Shown: in pieces, positions 1 through 12,300 of the stretch
Position numbering within the stretch: position 1 is the stretch's first letter
Layout: each line of letters begins with the position of its first letter
Assembly (NCBI RefSeq): GCF_000181795.1
Contig: NW_003526940.1
Span: 150,610 to 214,609, forward strand
Direction of reading: 5' to 3'
Source of the DNA: Trichinella spiralis
Lineage: Eukaryota
Length of the DNA: 64,000 nucleotides
Position numbers and translations under genes: made by a program
Notes under the pieces: model-generated
The model's database searches: none
Seen by the model: the letters and a program-made list of their open reading frames with translations, nothing else
What the model was told of the DNA's origin: nothing

Positions 1-487
1 ATCACAAGGGAAAGGTTTGAATCAATGAGCAATCAGACAAGGAAAACCAATACGAAAAAGACTTTACGGTCTAATAAAATAGCGAGGACAACGACCAATA
101 AATGAACAGTGGGACCGAATGGGAACAAAATTGAGCCCAAGTGGGACCATCCCACCTTTTTCAATGCAATGTTTGTTGTCTACTAATTTGAATGCATGTC
201 ACTGTAAAAGGCAACTGTTATTCTGGACAACAATGCAAGTTTCGTTTATTACAAGTCATAGTGCGAGTTCCGGATCGTAAAAGCGGTATTACATCCGCAC
301 ACTAATTAAAACGTTTAAAGGAAATAGTATCTACCATTATGTGAGTACATGAAGAAATGTCGACAATACTGCATATACACATAAGACTGTAAATATTTTA
401 CAATACATTTGCGATATAATAAAATGTATTATATGCTATTGTTCGCACATAAAAATATGATAAATAAGTAAAAATAATGCAGATATA

Positions 488-3400
488 TCAGTAAGGTGAA
501 GGTAAGGATGCCAAACGTTTAACTTCTTCTTCTACATAACCGATGTACTGCAGCTTGTTGATTTCATAAACTTGCATGCAAACGTACTTCATACGCATTT
601 CATCCTAAATTACGTAAACATTGTAATATTTACGTTTATAATGTCTCATCTTTCATATGACATAAAACACTATTTGGAAACAATTCTGTTTGCGTTTTAA
701 TATATTCATTTTTATACTGGTAAATTTCTGAAATGTCAAACATTATATTTCCACCTGAACAACGTATTTATTCTACTTCATTGAACATTATAATTCAAAA
801 ATAAAATTTAATTTTTGTACTCACATTGTAAATTTCTTGCTTCGCTCGGAGACGAAAAATGAAACTTTTCAACAAAACATTATCAAATACAGCATCGTAA
901 CTGTCCACATCCTAAATAAAATAATTCGAAAGAAAAAAAAACAGAAAAAACTATACTGTAATGTAGCAGAATATCAAGTGAAATTATTTTTAAATATTAA
1001 AATGATACCTGTTCCCTAAGATTGACCAAACGATCCACGTCGCAGTTCAAAAGCTTCTCTGCGGTATCTTGAAACAATGTTGTCATCACTGAACCGCTAA
1101 AATCACCCACGCGAATCTAAATGACAATTACAATCCCAATTATGAACAATTCAAACCAAATCAAATCACAAAAATTAAAAATTAGCAATTTAATTACGTA
1201 CAGACAGAAGCAAACGCCATTTGAAACTTGGAAAATCTTTGTTGCATTTTTCACAACGATACAGACCTGTGTTCAGGTCGGCAATCTTTTTGTTACAATC
1301 TGGTGATGGACAAGCCTAACAGAACAAAATATAATATATTTGAAAACTTTTTAAAGTGTATTTTTATTTTCAATTACCGGATACATGCAATTCTCACGAC
1401 TGATGTACATCACGCTACCACTGACGTTGAAATATTCAGCATTATCGCCGACAGCTTCAGTTTTACGATTCGGATCGGCCAACGCAACAGGAACCAAATT
1501 TTTATCTGTGAAACGTGATGTCAATAAATAAAAGAAAAAAAAGCAAACACAACACAAAAAAATGTAATAATTTCAATTTACAAAGGTTGCTGCTTGAAGA
1601 CGAGTCGCCGCTAAATGTGGATAAATTCTGACCAATTTCAAGTGCATCTTGTCTTTCGAACCAGCCACGAAGTTTGTGAGCTTCAGGTATATCAGGATCA
1701 ACGTGTATCTGTCCATCTCCAACAGTACTCAACGATACACCGCCTTCACAAAATAAAAAACCCCACATATATATATATATATATATATATATCAAAGCAA
1801 AACAACAATAACAAACCTCCAAAATCGGATATTCTTACACCTTTCACAGCTATGATCGGATGACCGTGTTGTTTGAAATTCTCGGCCTGAAATATAAACA
1901 GAGTAAACAAAATGTTTATTTATTTGAAAAGCAAAACCAACAACAAAACCTCATTTCCCCACAATGTCAACGTGATAGCTGTTTTCGTATCGTCAATCAA
2001 GAAAAGATCTCGTTTCAACAGTTCTCGTTGACTAGCCCTTGCCACTTTGTGCTCCAATTCGCCAATTTTCTCCACAACTCCCAGTATGTCTGAAAGTTAA
2101 TTTCACAATTTGCAATCCATATATACATATATATCTGATTCGCATAATTAAAATTGAAATTGAAATTCCAAAAGTCTCTCACCGATTAGCTGTTTCCTGT
2201 TCGTCCGCGGAATTTCGTCGAATTTCACAAAACGAAATGACAATAACGGCAATTTATGAACATTTTCATCTTTGCACGGTTCAACCTGAGTTTCAGAGGA
2301 AAATGCCAACTCATAATCGTTGTCTATTGACGTGAACTGTCTGTTCGCCACTTTGATAATACCACCACGGATTAGATAAACCTGAACATCACAACAACAA
2401 CAACAACAACAACAACAAAATTGTACATACAAATAAATATATCAATTTGACGAATACCTGTTTTGGTTGGAGAACACTGAAAAGACGATCACATTCTTGA
2501 TTAAACGCAGTCGCTCGAATCTCACCGCTTTCATCCATCAAATCAACGCTGAACAATTTACCATCTCCACGTTTGTTGCTCCAATTTCTAATGTCCGTTT
2601 TTCTAGTCACCCGAGCTCGAATACACCATCTAAAATCACACTCAAATTTGCATAATTTGCAGAAAGCGAACAAAAAAAGAAACAGAATTGAAAATCTTAC
2701 TTGCTCTGATAAGGAGAGAGACTGATAATTGGAAAAATAATTCTCTGCTGTTCGCCTTGAGGAGCTATTGATGAATTATCCGATTTCGACGCTAACGATG
2801 CAGTACGAGTGGAAGAATTATGCGATTTTGTCACTGACGATGCCGTAAGAGTCGAAGAATTATCGGATTTCGTCGCTGACGATGCCGTAAGAGACGAAGA
2901 ATTCTTTGTAATTTCGCACTCTTCTGAAACGGTCGACTTCACTGAAATATACATATATATATATGCAAAAATAAACACAACTTTACAATTCAAATGCGTC
3001 GATAAACCTGGATCTCCTTGAAAAAACATAGACATCTTGGGTCCATTCTTCGGTTCACCAAGTACTTTACCGACAATACGACCAGGAACTAGGACTTCAA
3101 AATCGACCAAAACGACAAATTTCTTACTAAAATGCCAACAGTATTTAACAATTGTACTGAAAATGAAAAAAAAACAGTTTCACATCATTAGTAGGCATGC
3201 ATAAAATTTAATCACAAAAACAAACAGAATCTAAGATTTTTATTCAACTCCCGTACGAAACTTTATCAATTAACGTAAAATGATAGTCAACACTGCCAAT
3301 AATTAATTTTTGTAAAAATCAGAAAAAAATACATCACCTTTGAATTTGATTTGATATATAATGGTTCACTTTGATAACTGCCAAATTATCTAAAGTGCCA

Positions 3401-3807
3401 TTTTCAATCAGTTCGTTTCTTTGGGTTGCCAGCATACAAGCTAAAATATATTTTAAAATAAAAATTTTAATTCCTCAGTTTCTGCCTGTAGATTAGGTTT
3501 TAATTATATTGCAAAATTACTTCCAGATGATTCATGCCCATCGGATAAATGCAGCCGATATCTTGTAGTTTGATTTGTATGTGGATCGCTTATCTTTTTA
3601 TATTGCTAAATTTTCAATCGCTTTTGCACAAACGTATAATGTAACTATATAAACTAAAAACTTACAACCATCTGAACTACCAGTGGGCATTTGGCCACTT
3701 GATTCAGCATACCCTAATAAAAAACATAGTTTAACAATAAGCTTTCATAAAGTTCGATAATTTACTTCAACTGCATTTTCAGAAAGTTGCGGTATAACAG
3801 CAGCCAT
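488..3807 (-). CDS. RPA1: Replication protein A 70 kDa subunit (RPA1), multi-exon, apparently complete
   Basis: Spliced translation starts [14 protein letters not shown] (ATG 3807). It has RPA70N (RYRLHLSDG...MLATQ), DBD-A ([47 protein letters not shown]), DBD-B (ITLTLWG...[14 protein letters not shown]...[14 protein letters not shown]), and a DBD-C C4 zinc ribbon ([13 protein letters not shown]...YRCEKC). It ends ...RLASLPSPY* (TGA 488-490). GT-AG introns. Confidence 0.95.
2770..2902 (-). repeat. In-frame 42-bp (14-aa) tandem repeat x3 in the RPA70N/DBD-A linker
   Basis: [14 protein letters not shown] / [14 protein letters not shown] / [14 protein letters not shown] in ORF 2697..3110. Also present in the second copy (~19650-19780). 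Confidence 0.85.
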
Positions 3808-5084
3808 GCTAAACACCTAAAAGAATTCATTTGTTGCTTTTTAATTCATCAAAAAGAGCAAACTTTATTATTAAAAATTTATTGAATCAATTTTGTTACT
3901 TAAAAAATTCATTTAAAACAGGTCAAATGAACGCGAGAGATTAAATCATTAGCTTAGATAACCTCATTTTAAAAGGATCAAAATCTTAATCATACAATAA
4001 AATAGACACATTCCAAAACTTAAAAAGTGCAAATTAACATCAGGAAATAACATTTGTCTACTAACAAAACGAACAATTCTTGACAATTTTCATTGTTCAT
4101 CGAATAAAATTTGTCAAACTCGAAGTTCAAGTTCGAATTTTTCACACAACATGATAACGAAGCAGTGTGATTAATTTATAAATAATGAACGCTAAATAAT
4201 TAAAATAAAAATGCGACAATAATCGATCACTGTTTCAAAGTAAACTTTTACATTACGCAAGTTTCAAAACGTTACAGTGGTGATAGTGGACACATTCTTA
4301 CTGTAACGATGCGTATGCTTAACCGGAATAAAACATAATATTTAATAATTTATTTACAAGTATTTAAATTTTCACTTTTTACAGAACTTCTCACTTTCAG
4401 AACGAATTTTAAACATAGCCAAAATAAAGTACCATTTACAGAAAGACTAATAATGAAATTCAGGTAACAAAAGTTAGTGACATTTGAATAGACGAAGTTC
4501 TAACATAAAATTTTATGCTTCATAATAATTCAGTTTCCGTTTCATATGCAGAATTTTACAAAAACATGTAGCGCGATCGACAGCATTTAAGAAAACGAGG
4601 TTGTCCCAAATTCAGAAGTATAGATGTTACGCCAGATATGAACAATTTACAAAAGTTAATATTTGGCCACCTTTTTGGCAAAAGTTAATATTTGGTGGCT
4701 ACGGTTTGACAAATTTTGATAATGATCCGATTTTAGAGAAAAAAAAATAAAGAAAGTTTTAACTTTGGAAAATTTACACTATGATTTGTTTTCTTCTAAT
4801 TCATTTTTATCCAATAGCTTACTGAACTCAACTATTATTATTTATTGCACCGTCAAGTTGGCTATATTACAATTTCAGTTCTACAGCACATATGGATATT
4901 CAAAGTTAAAGAATATAATACTAGACACAGCTGGTTCTGCTAGAGAGTTCTTCACAGGAAGAAACCATGGAATAACTTTGACTTTATGGATGAACGATAT
5001 GTTGAAATGATGATTGTATTTATTTATTACGGAATCACACTGCAAATTGTTTAATTATCAATAATCAGTAGCGTCAACAAATAG

Positions 5085-5180
5085 CAGTTTCACTCGATCA
5101 ACACAGACGGTCTTCCGGCTTCAAATAGTAATAAAAGAATTCGACATCGTGCTTCAGTTTGGTATCATTAAGCGTTGTCA
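5085..5180 (+). pseudogene. Short decayed Ty3/Gypsy pol fragment (start of RT)
   Basis: Two frames read HSINTDGLP then QIVIKEFDIVLQFGIIKR, resembling the HHIxTxGPP...EFDxMLxLGIIRPS segment preceding Gypsy RT. Very short. Confidence 0.35.
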
Positions 5181-5866
5181 TGGCATAAAAGAACTGCTTC
5201 CTTCAAAGTCAAAAGTTCTCTCCGGAGCAAATATGAGAGGTGAAAAGTCGGCGGAACAGGTGGCGAGTAGTATAATTACACATCATTACACTTACGAGGA
5301 ATCATCATTATCATTACATCAACATTATTCTACATCAGAGCAACGCTTCTTGGAGTTTAGGAACGAACCACTTGTTTGTTACTAAAGTTCGGGCAAGAGA
5401 ACTAATAATCACTTTGAACCGAAAAAGATTCACAGTTCATCGCTGCAACACTTCGGTAATGAATCCGCCATAGCGATCCGTAAACTAATTCTGATTGGGT
5501 GAGGTACCACACCTAAAACCAACAAGAAAAAGTAAACTCTCCTTCAACAGTATATTTTGTACCAAAATCTGACGATTCCCTTCACAAGAAAATACTGTCG
5601 TTAAATTAATATAAAATGAAGATTTGTAGGCAATCGCCCTGTATGAAATTGATAACGACCAATTTTTTGTGGCTTCTTCGCCTTAGTGCCTAGTGATGGT
5701 CGCGGACAGCATCAGCAATGCCAGTTCGTTCTCCCTTCCCCGCTTCGCGACTACAAGACATCAGCACAAGTACAATTTCTTTATTCAGCAAATAAGCACA
5801 AGATAAAAATACAATAAACACAATATACGAACAATACAGCACAACACGAAAAATAATAATGAAATA

Positions 5867-6832
5867 ATGTCAGCTCAGGAAAGTCGCGTCCATAACACTG
5901 GCGGACTGCGACGCTGAATCTGCGATTAGTAAAACAGCTACGCCACACCTGCTTCGCAGAATAATTTCCATTATCCTTCAATGCGCCCTTCGCATCAGTC
6001 CTAGTGTAGGGATGTTGAGGTGAGCCTGGTGTCGATTTTTGCCAAGAGCGCAGTTGTTTGCCAAGCTTGATACAATTTTGTCATAAGTTTCCATTGGGAC
6101 GGCAGTGATTCATGAAAAGAAATTATCAGATCTGTTGGCCATTTCCTTTACGTTGGCAAAATTTCCATTTCAATTATCATTTCCATGTTCACAAGTAGAC
6201 AACACAAAAATTGGTTACGGAGAAACCATGCATTCTGGTCGATAGCATTGCCACAACTTTAGTTCATCACGAAACATCTGGAACGACTTCACGTTGCCAA
6301 CTGCCCATGCAGTAGTGATTACAAGAAAGTGTTACATTTTAGATATGCCAAAACGTTACAACAGGCGTCATTTAAGGTTTTTGTACGATGAATCTTGAAC
6401 GAGTTCCACTAATTCATCAACCTCATTAGCGACTAATTCTAAAAAGGATGAGATGACGTGGCAAAAGTTTGTCAAAAACACTACAATTTGAACTTATACC
6501 TGTGAAATCCCAGTTCACGGGTTTTGCTTATAAAAGGGCAGTAGTTTAATCGCAACAATGCCAACAAACCAATTAATTATTCTTCTTTACTACATATTCA
6601 TACCAACTTTCCATATTAATCATTCCACATCACCACGCCAGTTCTATTACTACTGTATTTCTACAGTATTTATTGATTTTCAAGGTGAAATACTCAGCAG
6701 TCTTCCTTCACCTGAACATAATAATAAATTAATTATAATTTACTGATTTCACAAGATGAATAATTTATTATCAGAAAAATTATTTTTAATATTGCAATAA
6801 CAGTTAAAACAGAGCTTTTGAAATAATTATGT
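5867..6832 (-). mobile_element. Degenerate Ty3/Gypsy-type gag (DUF7041-like), copy A
   Basis: Reverse complement of 23428-24393. Stop- and frameshift-ridden translation AIKLLPFYKQNP...NFCHVISSFLELVANEVDELV...YKNLK*RLL*RFGIS...FLRNQFL...SCFTNRRFSVAVRQC resembles the KLPPFW..P / FH.V.SSLP..VA.EV.DL / Y..LK..L..RF / CWYH.RFG..A.KC gag pattern. Confidence 0.7.
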
Positions 6833-8190
6833 TGTAAACGACAAAACAGAGGATTTTGTAGTTGACGTGTTGGAACCTGAATGTCATTACAGTAAGACTG
6901 AAGAAGAAGGAGAGAGAAAGAGGGGAAGTTTGATTGATTGATGGAAGTTTGGAGAACTGACGTATTAAAATGCGTGTGACTGTTGCTTAACTTGTGCATT
7001 TGTGACTCTTAACGGATACGATTTAGTTATTGGTTGACTTTGTTCATATGGCCAGAATAAAGTTGTGTCATCACTCAGTTGTGCTTCTTATTTCCCGAAC
7101 GCAACGTGAAAGTGGTGTTGACGCGACAGAAGTTGGATAGTCGATATTGAACTTGACTTTCTACCTAGACAAAAATGGTCACAAAGAACCCGACTATCAG
7201 ATCAAGTGTAGCCAGAATTATTTGACGCGGCTGCTACATGTTTTGGTACCACGAGTCTGGAACACACCGACGGATTTCGCAGACGGGACAGTCTCTGAGA
7301 AGCAGAACCTCATTGACTGAAGAAGTCGAGATTTCTGAACGGCTTCTCTGCAAAAATTAAATGGTGAATGTGAAACTGTTCAGATCGATACTTGAGATGG
7401 ACAAATTGCTTCATTATTCCTCAATTGCGTTGGCTGACATCAGCCATTGACGATCTGAAAGATACTTTGGATAGTAAAAAAGAGCGCAGACAGATCTGCT
7501 TGGTGAAAATCTCTGACCGATGGTCGACATCAGCGAAGCAATGGAAAATATTGACGATTTTTTCGACGAACGACAAACACTCAGTTCAAAGATACTGGAA
7601 CCCTGATGCAGAACGTGCAAATGGATCCAGTAACAGGGGAACATCTGATCCACTCAACCAGAACAAATTCCTCAATGTGCGACTTCCAAAGCTGGAAATA
7701 AAGAAGTTTGATGGAAATTTTCGTGATTGTTAAGGATTTCAGGACGAGTTTAGAACTTCGATACATGCCAACACGACGCCAACATGATCCAGAACTTCAG
7801 CTATCTCTGATCACTCCTCACTGGAAACGTTGCTCCACCAATAGCAGGTCGTTCTTTGACGAACAAATGGCGAAGCCGCGATGCCCGCCCGCATATGATG
7901 AATTAGAAAACAAGAAGTAATAATTGAAGAGCATATGAAAGAACAGTAAAAGCTGTCAGTGGTTACCACTGGATGGAACTTATTGCGTCTTCGACAATTG
8001 ATAAATCAAATGGAATTACATGTGCGCGTCCTCGAAGCATTAGGAACATTCCTAGAGACATATCAAGCGCGATGATTGGACGATTGCAATGCTTACATTG
8101 CCATCAAGTTTTGGAAAGAAATACTACGAGCAGTTGTCACAAATGTGACTGCCTGAGGATGAAGAAATCATTATCGAAGAACACATAAAA
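6830..8190 (+). mobile_element. BEL/Pao LTR-retrotransposon remnant (putative 5' LTR, PBS and broken gag)
   Basis: Putative LTR TGT(6830)...ACA(7238) with AATAAA at 7056, followed by TGG (7244, PBS-like). ORF 7392-7733 ends LNVRLPKLEIKKFDGNFRD (DUF1759 signature). Downstream frameshifted pieces IIEEHMKE and LRQLINQMELHVRVLEALG are typical of Pao gag. Confidence 0.75.
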
Positions 8191-9363
8191 CAATGAAACG
8201 TAATAATCCAAAAGTGGCTTCTAATACTCGAATATATTTGTCGCTTCGTCTGCGGAATTATATTTATTAGCATTCGAATGTGAAGATTATTGTTCTTTAA
8301 TGAGCTTGTTATTGCCGATACATTGTATTCATTTTTCATCTGATACTTAATGATTTCTTTGATATTTGTGTATTTTCTCAATAAATGAAAAGTTATTCTT
8401 TTGATGATGGTTAAATTTTTTTTGTTGTTTTCGAATTCACTTGTTATCAGTATCAAGTACTATAAAATAAAATTCGAGAAAAAGTATACAATGACTAATT
8501 TGCGCAGCTGTCTGTAAGAAGGGTAAATTTCTATAATCCCGCATTCTATTTTTCAGTTCACTCCATAATATCGTTCTTGTTTGTGTTCGATGGCAATTCA
8601 CCTGTAAGTAATTTACATTAAAATTAAATTAGTACTTATTTGAAAATTATAAAAGATAATACAAACTGAATATAGAAAAAGTCAAACATAATGTTATAGT
8701 GGAGGATTAGACTGGATAAAATTTAAAGTAACTGTAATGAAAATTTAAAATTATGAAAAAGTATGCAAAATTATACAAATTGTAATTGAATTACAATCGT
8801 ACTTGGTTAGGTGCACATTGGATAAGTGCATCGTTTTGCTGCGTTTCACTGGATTTAGTGTTCGCAATATATAGTCCTAAAGTGCACAGTAGGCGCGTTT
8901 CCGGCCGCTTTACGTTTATCATCCGCCATAACAACTATTGATAGTTGGCAAAGTTTATTGTTCGCTATATCAAAATAAGGAATCAGCACTGTTGGAGATC
9001 CATAAAATATATTTAAAAAAGAAATAATTATACTAAAATCACACTGAACCAGTGTAAAAATAACAGCAATGAAAATATGAAACCTCATAAGAGTACGATG
9101 CATCTGGAAAAAAAAGTCTCTATGAAGATTAAATCCTCTGAATTGTAGTTGTCAGTGATAGCACGGACGCAGTACACTGCTGAATCCAGGTTTCCGCAAT
9201 AATTTTCATCCATTTAAATAACTTTTTTTCTTCAATTACTGGGGCATTTTGAACAACTTTAAATTAATACTAAAATGTTTAAATTTAGGAAATATAGTTT
9301 ATAAAATAATATTTTTATCACAAGTGTGATTACTGATGGCAATTTGAAAATTTTAGCTTGAAA

Positions 9364-12300
9364 TTATTTTTGAAATATTGTGCTGTCAAATTCCTTCAAC
9401 TGTTTTTTGAAAGTTGTAACACGTTTCACTTGTTGTTCTAATACTTCGTTGGCTGGTTTACGCCACTGATTATATTCTAATCCAAGCATACCGCCGATCA
9501 CTTCCTATGACAAATTAGCCATATGAATATGAAAGAGCGAAATTATGTTTAAAAGAAAAAGTATGCCAATATAGTGATGTTGTTTACCTGGCCAAACCAC
9601 GATGGAACCAGCGATTCATTTTCTATGATGTGCGCCATGCCTCCTTCCAAACCAAAGTAAACTACAAAGTAAGAAAATCCAGCTGGAATCTGTAATTTTT
9701 AAAATCATTAAAATCAAATAAAAAAGCAAAGAACAAATAAAATTACCACTCTTTTAACATCTCTTTCCTTCATATCAATCAACACCGCATTATCTCTGGA
9801 GCTATCCTCACATTCCATTATTGCTTGCTTCGTATTGATTAAAAAATTCGTTGTATTAGAAGAAAAAAAACATAATAATAAAGCAAAATACTTTGAAATA
9901 CATCGGTGCACATTCGAAGATCTTTTTACTGACAGGTATGCATTCCAGAAAACAATGAGGCATGTGTTTGACATTTTTGGCAGTTTCGAAAAAGATACAA
10001 CACAAACTTTGTGTACGAAACATTGCCACCAATTTTTCACGCCAAAACTAACAAACAAACAAACAAACAGTTGCAATAAAAATTATTAAAATGAAAAAAA
10101 TTTAAAAGTTGGTAACATATGTATATATATATCTGCTTACTTTGATTTCATCCAACACATCTTCGTCCATTTGTGCACAACTGGAAACGTGATTCAACGG
10201 TGCAATCAGGCAATGATTGCGGACGAGGGGTTTGTTTTTCGGCAAAGCCAAATAAGTCTGCAGCAATTTGCATGAATCAGTGAAGTATTATAACGTTGAG
10301 AATTTGTTAATTCATAATTCTACGAGTGGAAAAGAAAAGGAAAAGCAAACCTGATTGCCAAATGCAATTACAAAATGCCTGTCCAATTTCCCTTCGACGC
10401 ATCTTACGCAAGTGTCCAATTTCTGTTCCTGGCGTCGAAAATCTTGAGAAGAAAAAATTAATTAACATTTTATTCAACACTTTCAGTATTACAATGACTA
10501 AGTTTGAAAAAAAAATTGTTGCACGTATTTATTATTATTATTATTAGATTTCTTTTTGATATTCAACTTTTTTCCTGATCAATAATGATTGCAAAATCAA
10601 TTTTATACATTTGCAAGTACAATCAATCAATTTCATAATAATAATAATAATAATTACTTCAGTTTGGTCACAACAGTGAAACACATAAGCACATTCAACT
10701 AATTGCGCACAAATTTGAAAAAGCCTGTTTTGCATTAAAAATCACCGCTGTCAAAAGTTATCTCATTCAAAAATCAAAAACACTACCCAAATGATGGATG
10801 ATCAACGTGCTTACGTGCGCTTTTGGCGTCAATAACAATCGCCGAAAGCTCATCCATCCGTGATAGGAAAAATTATTTAAAAGAAAAAAAAGAACAAATA
10901 TGACAAAAAAGCTGTACAAAAATTTCATCTCTGCTTCAACTAGGAAAATTGCATGCATAAAAGAAGAAGAGCATCGGTTCTTCTTGGAAAATTAATCACA
11001 AATATTTTTGCGGGTCAATAATTTGTCTTATCTTCACAATTATCATCAAACGGTGACAAATGTTGCAGGCAATAATTCACACTGTTGAACTAACTGTTCG
11101 CTTGATTTAGAAAATTATGAATTATTATCAACTGACGACGTCAAATAATAATCTTTCTTTATAGATGGACAATTTCCTCGTGCGCAATTTGTCCAAATGT
11201 CGTGCAAAATTTATAACCGAAGCTGTTTGTTCTTGTTTTTCCAATTATCGACCAATTATGAATATTTTCCCTTCAAGCAGCCTCAATTTCAACAGCACAA
11301 ATATCACGTCACATTATCATAATAACAAAAAAAATAAGCAAGAATTTCAGCAATATTCGTCGTCTGGTTGCTTTCTCGAATCTCATCAATATCAATAATT
11401 GTGCACTGCATTCACTTCATCAACTGCAGCATACGGTCCAATAAATAATGTTTTGATTGATTCCATAAGAGAAGTCATTTCAAGAATGCTGACACAAACA
11501 ACAACAACACAGAAAAAAGATATTCTATACAAGAAACTACAACTAAAGCTAGGAATAAGATTTTTCACAATTGAATAAGTAAAAAAAATGTCTTCTTTTC
11601 TACACATCTAATTAATGATAATCGACACATGTAAGCATAAGAGAAAACAATCTTCAATTGTAAAAATCTCAACAACCTGAGCACCTTCAATAAGAAAGCC
11701 TATTTATCAAACTGATGCTAAATTCATCCATCAAATCGTTAACAACTTTTACAAAACAACAAACAACTGTTTTTAAAGTATTCAATGCAAATTGATACAA
11801 AATTTGTGAACACGAAAAAGGAAACAAGGCAAAAATTACGTGAACAATAAATAAATTCATCTTCCATGCAGTAGTACAATTTTCAATTAGAAAAATACTT
11901 ATATATTCTTTCATTTTTATATACAAATAATCGACAATAATTTTAACAAAAGTTGCATAGTTGGATAATTTATTTTCTAAATACTGCTTCTAAAAAAATT
12001 AATAAGCATAAAATTCATTACAACAAATAATAACAAAGGCATGCAAAAAAGAAGATAACAATCAGATAACTGATAATAATAATAATAGTTAAAGCATAAT
12101 GAAAAACCGTTGCAGAACCAACCTTGCCTGTGGGTTGAATTGGCGTCGAGCCGGCGCCTGGACGACCATTATCATTAAGATTGGTGAACAAGGCGGCGCC
12201 GGCGGTAGTCGAAGCTGTCATGTGCCGGTGCAGCAGAAAAAGCCAAACTAGCCCCGGCACCGACCCTGCAGCTTTGCTTGGGGCGTGGCGGTGTCCCCGG

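Noticed and set aside
4650..4695. 17-bp direct repeat CAAAAGTTAATATTTGG x2
   Set aside because: Isolated micro-duplication with no associated element.
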